Shown here: in pieces, positions 1-12,893 of the stretch
Layout: each line of letters opens with the position of its first letter
How positions within the stretch are numbered: position 1 is the stretch's first letter
NCBI GenBank assembly: GCA_030141605.1
Contig: JAQGDQ010002384.1
Coordinates: 248,001-312,000, forward strand
Length of the DNA: 64,000 nt
From: Tubiluchus corallicola
Taxonomy: Eukaryota > Animalia > Priapulida
Direction: 5' to 3'
Program-made: the position numbers and the translations under genes
Notes under the pieces: generated by a model
Told to the model about the DNA's origin: nothing
Databases searched by the model: none
What the model saw: the letters and a program-made list of their open reading frames with translations, nothing else

Positions 1-871
1 TCCAATAAATTGTTTGGTTTGGGTTGATACTAGAGAATATCATGAATAGACTAATAAAGTTGGATTTGTCGTATATGACATGTCTAAGATGGTGATGTTG
101 ATGTCATGTTCACAGAAAGCTATTTGAGGTTGTACTATACCTAAACTAATGTAGCGAAATTTTTCAGAGTGAATCCATAGTTCTTCTATGAGTGCTATAA
201 TGACGGTTATAATTAATGATCAATGTTAGTCAAAGTGTAGCTATCATCAAGCCTCTTGTCTGGAAGAAAGTTCTTAAAGGTTCTCAAAGCTTACTAGCTT
301 CGCAAAATCTTATTTTGGTACTAGGCATTATAATACATGTTTAAAACTATTAGCTACAAGTTTTGTGCATGCCCTAAGTATTTTTAAGTGAGTAGTCATA
401 AAACTTTAAATTGGCAATAGCAATAAGTGTTTGAAAAAGTTTTGTATTAAAGTAGCAGTTTTGTTAGTTGCAGTGTTAATGGTAGAGGCAGTAGCAAATA
501 GCAATAGCAGTAATAATAAGAAGGCTAAACTCCGCAAAAAAGTTAGCGCATAACCCACGATGACAAACTACACCACACCCACCACACCACGCCACCCACA
601 CCCACTACATCATACCGTACCCCCCATGTCACACCCGCAAAACCGTCACTTTAACACGTTACTATACTAATACTAATACTATACTACTATACAAATACTC
701 TACTATACTATTTACTATCTATTGTGTGTTTCCTGTAGGCAGTACAGCCATAGCCATTAGCCAATGTTTGTGTCCATCTCTGTGAATGGTCTATTCCATG
801 TCATTCAACTGCTTTTCCTAGCTTCACATAGTTATCCCAATTTGCCTGAAGCCTTGTTTTTTATTATATGC

Positions 872-891
872 ATATATATATATATATGCTT

Positions 892-935
<44 letters not shown>

Positions 936-980
936 TATACTATATACTATATATATATATGCTTGACTATATATATATAT
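872..980. repeat. (TA)n microsatellite, interrupted
   Basis: Visible directly. Confidence 0.95.
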
Positions 981-1884
981 AGTTGAATGACATGGAATAT
1001 ATATACATATAATATTATATTCTGTAAATGCAAAATTATTAATATTAATTTATTTATTAGCCACAGTTGCTTGGCAGGTAGTTTTTAAACATTTTTGTGA
1101 TAGTATGTGTACTTAAATACAATTCTATCAACCGTAGGAGCTGGCGTACAAAATATTTCAAAGTTAAACCAAAATAAAAAAGAATAAAAATTCGTTTCAA
1201 AGTCAAATTCAGAAAAATTTGTTAACCCGAAGTAAAAAAGAGATATTTTGGAGATTTTTGTAAAATCACATACGTGAATATTGGCATCTTCGGGACACAA
1301 ATAGCCTTCTGGTTTGTTTAATGGTCTGAGTCACACTGGTATTCATGACATAGATTAACTTACAAAATCACACGTGAGAATGACGATATGATACTTTTTG
1401 CCTAAATTTTGTTATTTTAGAAAAGTTAAATATTCGTGTTTCTCGTGTCATTTTACACTGTGCAGTATGTAGCTGTGCTATGAGGAAGTGTAAATAATAC
1501 ACATATGATCACACCACTATGAAGCACAAGGGTACATGGCCTCTTCGTTTGGAAATCGTGTTATTACTGTCTAATATAATACTTTGGTCTTTTAACCTTT
1601 AGATTTTGAAAGTCGATAAATGAATCTTTTGCATTTTCAGTTTATTAAACTTCACCTTATTGTTAGTAGTTTGGCTGCAAGGGCAAAAAGAATTTATGCA
1701 TGCTTTACTTTTATTATAAATGATTTTTACAATTGTAACTCCAGACTTCCACACTTAATGTTAGGGATTTAAAAAATAAGTCTTTAAAATAGTATGAATA
1801 GCGTCTTAAATGATACAAGGCTGTGAGTTCAAGTTTTAATTTGAATTTGTTAAATTTTGTGATTGACATTCATAAAATTTAGTC

Positions 1885-2290
1885 ATGTGCTATAAAATTG
1901 TTCATAAAGAGCTATATCTAAATGTTGACAAACTTGTCAACAAAACCAAAAGTAACCATTCGCTCAAACTCTTTGTTAGGCGTACTGCAAAAAAAGCTTT
2001 TGCTGACTTTTTCTCGAACAAGGTTGTCCCTATCTGGAATAGCTTACCCGCACAACTAAATGGATTTCCACTTGTAACAGCACAGACCCAAAACATTTTA
2101 AAACTAGGTTAGATGCTGTGGACTTAATTGGATTTTTGCTTTTTGATTGGCTCTTATAAGCAAGTAATTCAGCCTCTGAGCGTCTCCCCAACATCATAAA
2201 TTCGATGATTTTTTTATGTAAACACTTGCTTTTTAATTATGGTTTGTGTGTGATGTGAAAATAAATTAAATTAAAATTTAAAAAATTAAA
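1885..2290 (+). mobile_element. Degenerate 3' fragment of a CR1/L2-like LINE
   Basis: Translation CYKIVH...FFSNKVVPIWNSLP resembles the CR1-group ORF2 C-terminus; followed by an A-rich tail. Confidence 0.65.
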
Positions 2291-4719
2291 ACTCTTTTAT
2301 ACTTTCAAAACTGCATGAAATTTGCATGTAGTTTATTGCCACCAGGCAGCTGTTATATGTAGTTTTAAATCTGTATGTAATCGTTATATTAATTAATTTT
2401 AGCGGCAATGTCACAAAAAGTGCTTTGATTACCCATATATAGTGTTCTGCTAATGGACCGTAGTGCTAGTGAACCAAAAAAATCGATTTTTTGCATAGGA
2501 TAAGTGATTTTAAATGAACCAATGACGTGGTTAAATGAACAGCAAATTCCGAAAAAATGATAAGGGAAAAAGATTACTGTATTACCATAGTTCATGAATG
2601 ACACTTGGCTGATGGGGGCCCATGTACTGAAGCCGTCATATGTACAGCAGGCAGCTAGGTTCTATTTTGGGTTTGCGGTTTCTGCCCTGTTTAACATCAT
2701 TAGGCTGAAGATTTTCACAGCATCCCATGACCTACGCGTCTTAGTCGTGAAATTGTATGCCAGGGTGAGAAATTGTCGAATCAAAATCTGAAGTTTAATT
2801 TGATTTATTTGTTGCTAGCTACTCATTAGAAACTCAGGACTTACAAGCGCTGCTGCAATTATGCTATGTGATTAAATTTATGCAGGGTACCAGAGGCTGG
2901 ACATCCTTTTACCACATCAGATATGTGAAGACCCTTTCAAAAACGTCAGCATTTGAATAATGTACAACTATGAATATTGCTCTAAATATGATAGACATTT
3001 AGGATAACTTAGCTTAAACTGTGTGCTTTATTTGTAGTGTAAAGCTTTTAAATCAGTCTTAAAATTTTTCAAATGGTCTACTCTTAAACTTTCTACCAAC
3101 TAACGCTACCTGAATAACAAGATTGAAAATCACAAATGTATAAAAAAAAGTTTTCTATTTTGAGCTGTCTCCCTGATAATGCAATATGTAAAGTGAACCA
3201 ATATCAGTCTTCTTCAACATAAGAAGTTGAGTATTTTTCTTATGACAAAAATTTCTGCAGAAATCAGACTGCGAGAGTTTATAAACCATTAACTTTAAGT
3301 TTTTTAATGTATGACTTCACTAACTTATGTGACCATTTAGTAAATTTAAATTAAAAAAACGTTAAAGAAATTAAAATGTAGATCCACTGAATAAAAAATC
3401 CCACAGTTAAAAAACAAGGAAAAGGTAAGTTCTAAGCACAACGTTTCGAAAAAAATTCTTTTTTGTACCTTTGTATTCACCTAAAAAACTACTATAGTGG
3501 TTCGAAACGTCACGCACTTTCTTTGTTCTTTCTTGTTTTTTCTTATTTTTTTTGGTCACTGTCGCAGTTCTTGTTACTAAGAATACTATTGCATATATTG
3601 ATAAATTCGGTACATTTTTTTCCACAATAGGGGCCATTATAGGGCTATATACCAGCTAAAAATTAAACACAATTTACACAGAGTAAAATATTTAAGGCCT
3701 TTTTTGATCATGAATTTTCCGTGCCATAAATGTTCTCATTGACTTTAGGTTACATTTTTAACATTATTGCTCATCTTGAAAACGTGAACATAATAAATTA
3801 AATTTAAGCCACCTCTAATCTCCTCGTCACCCGTGGCCCGCATGTGACCTTCTCTTGGCTGAGTTAATGGACTAAGAAAACAATCCGACAGGAGATACAC
3901 AAACTCTGAGGTTTGAAAAACTTATGGCTCGTTTTTTCCTTCTTAATTTTAAAATTGGAAAGTTGGTTTCCGCATGTTGGAAATAAATGCCATGTGTTTC
4001 AGGGAAAAGTATAAATTATCCTACGCAAGGTGCTTATTTTCGAGCATCGATCAATACAAAAGCGGAATACGGTCAGAAAAGACACTTTTTGTCAGAAACA
4101 CTGTATCTAGCTTTTGCTTTTAAATTCTGAGCTTAGCTATGGGCGCTATACTTGTACATACCTTTTCCATCATAAATACTGTACATGTGGATAGCATATT
4201 CTCTTTTTAAATTTTGGCTTGCCGTTTAAATTTACATTAGCCGGTGTTACTGTATGTGTAAATTACGTGTACAGAATGGCATACTGTAAATGTGACGAAA
4301 GGGACTACTGTACAACTTAGTCTGTATTTACTAATTTTAGTTACCAGTAGTTTAAAAAATCGCATGTTTTACTCTAGAGCTTTTTTAAAAATGTTTAAAC
4401 CCGGTTGGACTAATGTTCTCATTTTAGTTTACTGTTGCATCTTATAATAGAGCTCGTTTTTGATGCTAAATAGAACTCATGCTTGCCCCGAATTAGACTA
4501 TTTCTCTGTTTTGTAGATTTTTGCAGTAGTGGAACTTCGTAGAAATATTAATGGTCTCTTAGGAACGCATCAGTTAGACTAATGTTCTGCCAATATCCAT
4601 TCCTCCAACGTTGTGCAGTTACTTAAACTTACTTTCCATATGTTTTAAAACCCCCAAGGAAACAAATTTACCCATCTATCTTCAACTTGCTTGCCGCTAG
4701 CTCCGGGTAGGAGTACGCT

Positions 4720-5565
4720 TTAATGATAACTGCTGTCTACCCTGTCTACGGGTCTAACTTTATGATTCTGTACTGCATAACAAAGTTGCATATATTGAAT
4801 TGTCAGTTCCGTCTGTCTGTCTGTCCGTCAGTCACTACTTTTTCTCGGCCGTGGAGTAATGTAGGTTATCTATACCTCGCACGGACATAGGGCATCATTC
4901 AAGCTGTTAGTTTTTCAATCAATCGGTGTAGTTTTGAACTTTTGACGCATAACAATTATACGGTATAATAAGAATATTTTTATCGCTATAATAAGCTGCG
5001 TACCGCGACTATAGGTTTATTGGTCATATATGTTTGTTTGTATCTGTACGTCATGCGTCTCTAGATGTCTATACTTTCTATACGTCTATATGTATCTGTA
5101 CGTTTATCAGTATCTGGCCATTTTTTTACGTAATTAACCGTCAAGTAACATTGAAGGATATCACCTCGCGCAGTGGAAGGGCATCTTTCAAGCGCGGAGC
5201 CGACTACAGAAGTTTCGGTCCTAAACATCTATCTGTCTCTTTGTCTGTCAGTCTGTTACCACTTTCGCTCGCTCCCGAGTAATCTAAAAAGTTGAAACGT
5301 CTTACAACTGTAGGGCATGGTTCAACCTCGTATACATACTGTAAATTTTGGGGTCAGTTGGCACAGCTTTCTTGAAGATTTGTGTATAGCAAAGTTCTGT
5401 AACTATCGCTCAAGTGTACGTGATCGAGTGACAACTAAGTGAATTATGATTCATTATAAGCATCAGATAACAACAATCACTAACATATGTTATGCAGAAA
5501 ACATATTTTTGTGACAGCCTCCATGTACGTAAACCCGCAGGATATGATGGTAGTCTGTGGTTTTT
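4720..5565 (+). mobile_element. Possible Helentron/DINE-1-like non-autonomous element
   Basis: Internal (GTCT)n block (ccgtctgtctgtctgtccgtc) with a second similar block near 5230, and a T-rich end; by resemblance only. Confidence 0.3.
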
Positions 5566-8500
5566 CAAAGCCTTCAAGTATACCTGTATCTGAATTTAGA
5601 TCTTTGTTTGAAGTTTTAAGTTTTTAAATCCACACGCATTGTAACTCGGACACGTTTAAAGTTTCTTCTATTAAAAATTCAAATTAGAATTCTGGCCAAA
5701 TTAGAAATTTAGTATCATTTTAAGTGTCATTGGAGAATATACATCTTTGAAATTGTCTCAGAATATATCGACCTCGTCATGGCAACTATGTCCCTTTACT
5801 TAAGTTACTTTAGTTAAGATTCTGCTTATAGCAGAATCTTCTTGATTTTTTAATTTAGTTTGAGTTTAATATTATAAAATGCAAAAAAGTGCAAATTATA
5901 TTTTTTTATTTTCCTGCAAGTTATGTATGTTTTGTTTTGAGATTAAAATGATAATCTTTACGAATTTACCATCATATGCATACGTCTGTATTCTGACAGC
6001 ACAAGTTTCCTTACCATCATTTTGCATTTTACTGCAGTTATAGTTTCATAGTAGACTGTTTGAGGATATCATATCCAGAACTTTCCAGAAATTTATTTTA
6101 TGTCTATTCTCTACCGAACGTGCAAAACAGATGTGAAAAAAATCTGCCAAAGGACTGGAAAGATGTTCTTAAAACTACTCTGCCCTGTTATTAATAAGGT
6201 TCCCTTGTATACAAAAAGGATACTGTCAGAGCTTAAATTAAAACACTTGTAAAAATTTACTATAACCATTTTAAAGTTATCCGAATAATTACTTTTGTCA
6301 TTACTGTTACAGACAAGAGGTGTGCAATACAACCTATAAACATCAAGCAGTGTCATAAACGAATGGTCTCATAAAATATATTTTTGTCCCTTGCTATAAA
6401 AATCTGGTCATATTTTTGTACAAATGCAACCTTTTTATAAGTTGAACTGGTTTTCACGTTTGTTAGGCAGTGTTTGCATCTGTCATGCATCTTGAATGGA
6501 CGTAGCTCATTTACGAGGAAGGACGAAAACATATCACATTGTAGAAATGTAATGGTAATAAAAATAAATGAGATGTGACACTTCATTGCTCAGAAGAAGA
6601 TTCTGTTTCAGAACTATAGAGAAATTTTGGGCAATAACAGGAATGACAAGGTAACAGCAATGACTAGTGAGGTAACAGTACAACAAGAATGACACATATA
6701 CACACTATATAAGCAACAACAAGTGTTTTATTAAATCTTCGTAACTGTTTGACAAGAACAGAAAAAATACAGCTTTTAAATTTTTTATAAAAAGAACAAT
6801 ATCCATAAAAAACTCACTATATAATAAATTTTAATTTGAAAATCCGTCGTTTCTGCTATGCTCTAGCAATCTTTGTCAGGAGTATATTATGAGGCATTAA
6901 AATTCGAAACAAAACAAAAGCATTATAGCAAAACTAAGGGTATCTATGAAAACAATAATCATAGAGGAGAAAAACAGAAAATGTAATCTATCATTAATAT
7001 AATATAGAATGATAATTCTTTAATATATATATTATATATGTGTGTGTGCGTGTGCGCGCGTGCATGTGTGTGCGTGCATGCGTGTGTGATTTTTATTTAA
7101 AGCTAAGTTTTTACAATTAAGGCAGATTCAACTACGTGTTTCTTTAGTGATGTTCCTAGCTGGAAACGTTGGATTTCTCTAATGTAAATTTACTAATATT
7201 CATTATATAATGGATTGTTTATGAAATAGGTCAGAACAGATTTGGCCAAAAACAGATTTGTTTTAAGAAAAATCACAGGAACAGTAATCTTGTTGAAACT
7301 CAAACTGCACGTACATTATCGCAGCTGCTAATGGAACGCCATAAGAAAATATTAAATTATAAATGCCTTTGTCTTCTACAGGTACATCTATTGGCTAATC
7401 TACCCATGCCATTGTTTAAACTGTGAAAAGCAGAAACTTCATGTTGTGCTAGTTTCCTTTCTATAAGCCAGATGGTCTCTCTGCTACTACACAATACTAC
7501 TCTGAAATATCAAGATATCTTCTTACGTGTCATTGCTGTTACTTTGTTGTCACTCCTGTAACTTGAACGATTATAACAGGAGTGACAGTAACAGGAATGA
7601 CTGTCAAGGAAAAAAACCTGCTCACACGGGCTAACTATCCTACTTCACCCTTTCCAAATAATTAGATTCAACACAGTAAAGTACTAAAATTAACCAGGCA
7701 TGATTATAAGCATTTTATGTTCTGTTTTCTAATAACGGGATATATAACAGTAATGATCATGAATTAACATATCCAGAAACAATGAACCCAAACTTTTGTC
7801 AGAAAACTTAAAAAAATATTGGAGAAGCCACCGTTAAAAAGTTTGCCAAATCACAATAGGTGGTGCTCTCTACTAACAAATATTTAAAACAATAGAGTCA
7901 ATCAGTGGTACATGCCTCAGCTTTTCCACCAAAGTAACAGGAATGTCGTTGAACTTGGAGACACACGTGAAATTAAACAACACAAATATTTGCTAGTTCT
8001 GAAAGTATTTGGGAAGAGGAGTTTCACCTTTAGTGTGCTGTTTAGAATAAAATACTGCAAATTAGTTTTTAAACGGATACTTTCTGCCAAATCTATCTAG
8101 AAAAGTTGAAAATGGGCACTGGGGACATAGGAAAAACTTTCACAGGAACTGATTTCAGCTTCAATAGAAATGTCCAAATCACTTTTCTGGCAACAAATAC
8201 AACTGGAATAAGTTTCTTTGGTGTCTACCAGTCATGAGACAGTATTGCACCAGAAACTTTGTTATTTAAAAAAATTATCCTGGGACAAAAATTGTACGTT
8301 CTGTGGAGAATGGCCCACTTACAGAATGCTAATATTTTTCATCTGAAGACTGAAACTGAAAGGGTAAAAAAAGTGTAGAATATATACGGGTATCTCTTAA
8401 TGGGAACGAGTGTGGATTGCAGAAAGATGACTGATGTCCCACGTTGTCCCACAACTTAAGAGGCTTATGGTACTAAATCAAATACTGCTTGTAAATCTGT

Positions 8501-9056
8501 TTCTGAAAGAAGTCGAAATAATTAATTTAAAAAAGCCCAGTCTGTATTTTCGTAGGAGATGCTACTTAAGTAGTCCAGTCGGTATTGTATTGGCAGTTTA
8601 TCTTGGAGCTTTGTTTGTTTTCTTTTGCGGTCAAGAGCGGGTTCTAGGCTTTATAGTTTAAAGCACCTAAGTTTAGCACTTGGAAAGGGAAGCCCAACTG
8701 ACCCAGTAATTGGCGCGAAAAGACACAGTTCTGTAATGCATGGCTTCATATTCCAGCTGCTGGAGAAACTATATTTGGAACTGATCACAGCTTCCTCATA
8801 ACTGCGCATGAGACTCGGAAAGCTTTCCGTGTGTCAAGGAACTGTATTTTTGTTTGCCTTGCATTTTATTCACTGTCTGAATAATGCAATAAGGCTGGTC
8901 TTGTGGTCGTGTTAGCGTGATTGCCTCTTTTATTTCAAAAAACACCTTGTTACACAAAGAAATTTTTTTCGAAAGTTGGCGGAGGTGATTAACAAATAAT
9001 GGAAGCAGAAAGTCCATAATTATAGTTGCTAAAAATGGGTAAATGTAGTGTTGGAA

Positions 9057-9453
9057 TAGGGGTGAGCATTCTCTACCAGAAAGCGAATTCGAATCGAATC
9101 GAATCGAATTTGTGACTTTCTAATTCGAATTGAACCGAACTTCATTATTTCGATTTCAAATTGAGATTGAATGATTTTCGAACCAGTTTTCGAACCACCA
9201 GTAAAAATTAGTTTTACAAAGATCATGCATATTACTCGACTTTGTTCTACAGTAAAACCACTAATAATGTGTCTAAAAAATTGTGCACAGAAATCACAGC
9301 TAAATTATGCTAATTGCATGGTGTTTCAAACATTTTAATGATAAAGAACGCATGTGGTTGAAGTGCTGAATTATTTGAATCTATTGTTTTAGGTTCGAAA
9401 CGAATTCGAACTAAAAAACTCGTTCGCACTCAAACGTTCGATGCTCACCCCTA
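9057..9453. mobile_element. hAT-type MITE, copy 1
   Basis: TIR TAGGGGTGAGCAT...ATGCTCACCCCTA, subterminal TCGAA repeats, imperfect 8-bp flanks (tgttggaa/gtgtggaa); homologous to 22461-22850. Confidence 0.8.
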
Positions 9454-9982
9454 GTGTGGAACATAGTGTTGTTCAAATGCCAGTGTCTGCCAACTAGAAT
9501 TCGTTAGGTTGATAAACAGAATGATAAAAAAGTTACGAAACTAAAAGGCAAAATGTACAATATAATACTGGTCGACACCACATAGAAGCAGCCCCTGAAA
9601 GCGCCTAGTGAACTTAGTTCAATTGTATGATTTAGCTTTTGCTGAAGTTTTACTAAACGTTTACGAACATGTTAAGTTTTCTGGCACTCATAGCGGGTAG
9701 CAGTCTCGATGTAGCGAATCATTTCAGGTAGAGCGCGCTCATTGTCACCAGGATCATAGTTAATACTGTACAGACTACTGTCTATATGTTCTCTATAAAA
9801 TTTATTAAATAGTGAAATGTTTGTAGTGAATCTTAGTGATAACACTAAGCATGGAAAACGACCCTTCAACTAACTTCTGAGTCTCATATAGAGCAAATTC
9901 GTGCAGTTTTGCTTGTCTCATTGCAAGATTTCAGGTAGTATAATATTAATTCAAATGCTTACTTTCCACAATATTTTTTGTA

Positions 9983-10485
9983 CAGGGTGTCTCAGAAATC
10001 ACTATAACACTTTACATTTCCTGTATTTTTCAATAAGCAAAGCAAAATCTTTGAAAGTAATTCATACTGATGAACTGAAACCTTGAGAAATTCTTTTAGG
10101 CAAATTAGACGATAATCTGAAAAGACTACTGCTCGAGTAGGTTTTTTCTATTTTAGCCACCTTCTTCAAGGACTTCAAGAGTTTTAGAGAACGTTACTGT
10201 GGCAAGTGGGGCATCTTGCATTGAAGAAGTCTCTCACAGCCCCTGAGTTGTGAGGAAGGGCTGCACCTTGTTGAAAAACTACATTGTTTTTAGTGCACTG
10301 CCGATGTGGTGCTCTAAATTTCCGCTGAAATTTTGACGTCATTTCTAACGCTACTGTCGTCGCCATAGCAACGGAGTTCCGGTCAAAAACTCAATAAAAA
10401 TTGCCCTAGACCCTTTTTGATTCGAGTAAGAGCTTACCAAGATTGGACAAAAAATCAAAATATATAGTGACTTATAGAAGCCCTA
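9983..10485 (-). mobile_element. Internally deleted Tc1/mariner-superfamily element
   Basis: TA-flanked CAGGGTGTCTCAGAAATCACTATA with a degenerate inverted copy near 10463-10485; minus-strand remnant VFQQGAALPH...VRDFFNARCP resembles the FQQDGAPPH transposase motif. Confidence 0.65.
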
Positions 10486-12692
10486 CAGATTAAACCCAGT
10501 TCAACCGTTTATTGGAAGAATTTACATGCGTGATATATTAGAAGGTATTCTTTGGACATTCTCCATCAAACGCCACTTTTATCTACCACGCTAGTAGTCC
10601 ATAAAACATTCATTTTGACTTATGACGCCACACAGTTCAGCTTCAGCTTTTCTTTTCGAGAACTTTTTCATTGTATATTTGCATGTTTTGATAGGTGTAG
10701 AATGTCATGAGTGTCTCCAAATTCACATAGAACCTTACTGGTAGGTTTGCCCTACCATCTAAGGTAATTTAATTGAAAAGGACTAGTGAAGGACTGCACA
10801 AATGTTTTGCGTAAACACGTGCGTCATTCAAAGTCTGTTTAAGCGTCGTAGAATTAATTGTGCATAATCACCCTAATTTTGTTAAGCAGTGCATGTAAGA
10901 TAATGTTAACAGCTGTTGCTTCTATTGCGTAAGACATTCGTCAGCATATTTATAGATAATTTCAAGGACCTACTGCTATGCACCACACTGCCACTAATTA
11001 ATTAAATATTACTATATCTGGATTTGGGTATTTTCAGAAATCGTAGGTAACAAGCAAAGTGAAGCCCAGTTCAGGGTGCGAGCGTTCAGTGCAATAGAGA
11101 AGCCATAATCGCTGCCCCACATCTTGACTGCTTATTTCCGTCCTCCCACATCTTTTGCGTGCATGTGCGTGATGGATCAATATGATGCTGCTCTGTGCCG
11201 AACGCTACCTGTTATCAATAAATCACTACTGTAGTTTCAGCTTATTGTTATTGGCTCGAAGAGAACTGTTGTCTGTGTGACCATTATGCTGTACATAAAT
11301 AGCAGGGGTCTTTGAGGCCATCACCAGATGTATAAGGTTGGAGGCATGTCCAAAATTAAACATTTATGCGCCTAATTCTAATGCAATCGTTCCAATGATC
11401 CAGTGCACAAGCCCCATAATTTTGTAAATATTTATTTATTAAATCAAGGCACCCGAAATACTGGAAATGTGAAAAATTCAACAATCTAATTATATCTGCT
11501 AGTGATTTATCGGGTGAATTATCATTTTTTTCACCAGTAATAATGAAACACGTGTCTGACTCTAGTTGACCCTGCATTCTGGTATCCTGCGCTCATCATA
11601 ATGCTTCTAATTTTGTAGTTGTGGAAGAACCAGTAGCTAGTAATATCAACAGTTAGGTGTATTAGTCATGTTTTGTATACATGCATATCATGTATACATT
11701 TTTCCTCGATGAACGCTAACGTTAGCTAAAAATTGCTTAGCTTGGATAAATTAAGAAAAACTATGCACCAACCTATGTTTGGCATTTATAAAGGCAAAAT
11801 TACGATTGCTGGCATGTAATACTCGTAACTTGTGCACGTTCGTTCCAATAACCAAAGTTCACGTCTAAATTAAAAATACGGTTACAAGCTTTCTTTATAA
11901 ATCACTTGCCAGGTTTCCCGTTAATACGTGCAGTTCTGGCTGAACAAGACTGCATGTGTATTTGAACTCCACTCTCATTTACTCTTATCAAAACATTAGA
12001 TAAAACAGTGATTTACAAAATTGTTGCTAGTGTTCTGCAAACATCGCTTAATAGCTTATTGCAGCGTACTGCAGTGCACTTTGACCTGTTTTGTCACATC
12101 GCATTCAAGATAGGATCTTCTTTTTCTTACGCATAATTAGCGTTCCAAAATCTTCACACTTGCGCAACTGCAATAATCCTAGAAAAGAGTATTCCCCAGT
12201 TATCAGGGATTAGCTGAAAAAGTTCTGTTTTGTATTAAGACTGCAGATAGTTTGCAAAAAATTTGGGCAATTTCAAGAGCAGAGCAGGCGATGCGAAACA
12301 GCAAAAGCTATTTGTGTATTGGACTTGTTCATGGGAAAGCTCTTAATACATCATACGAAAGTAAGATCAGCGATGTTTTGAAATCACCCAGAAATTAAAT
12401 AGTATTGCTCTCTAGGTCTACTTTATGTTCTCATGTCGACTGTGCAGAGTTTAGAGATTAATCAGTGAATTTCTGGTTTATTAGACTTAAAATTAGTCCA
12501 GCATAAGTGATATTGTGGGCTAATGGTACATAAAAATCGTATAGTTTTACATTGCTTGATTGGAGAAACCCACTTTTTACGATTGTCCAGTCATTATGCC
12601 TGAATTGCACATTTTTCTCCTTGTATTTTGTATTTTGTAAAGTAGTACATTAGTAAGTATACTATGAGCCTATATGATGCTTTTCTTTTTAG

Positions 12693-12893
12693 GTGTGCCT
12701 TTCCCACCATCACATCGGCTCACAATGTCAGAGGTGTTCGACGCAAAAGGGAAGCCTCGCATGGAAGTTATGAAGCAACACTTTATTTTAGAGGGTCGAG
12801 TAGAGGAAGCAGTAGCTCTTAAAATTATAAATGATGGTGCCGCATTATTACGAGCTGAAAAAACAATGATAGATGTAGAAGCTCCAGTTACAG
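12693..12893 (+). CDS. PPP3CA: Calcineurin A catalytic subunit, coding exon 2 ([11 protein letters not shown]...EAPVT), 201 nt
   Basis: ttttag acceptor at 12691-92 and CAG|GTAAGC donor; translation matches the calcineurin A N-terminal catalytic region. The symbol means the PPP3C family; vertebrate paralog assignment is not meaningful. Confidence 0.97.

Noticed and set aside
1085-1300. Minus-strand ORF containing PTVDRIV, reminiscent of calcineurin exon 1 (STTDRVVK)
   Set aside because: Wrong strand for the gene; short chance match. Exon 1 was not identified in the window.
6100-8450. Possible decayed transposase or coding-like sequence in intron 1
   Set aside because: No motif I could assign to a family; needs a translated search.
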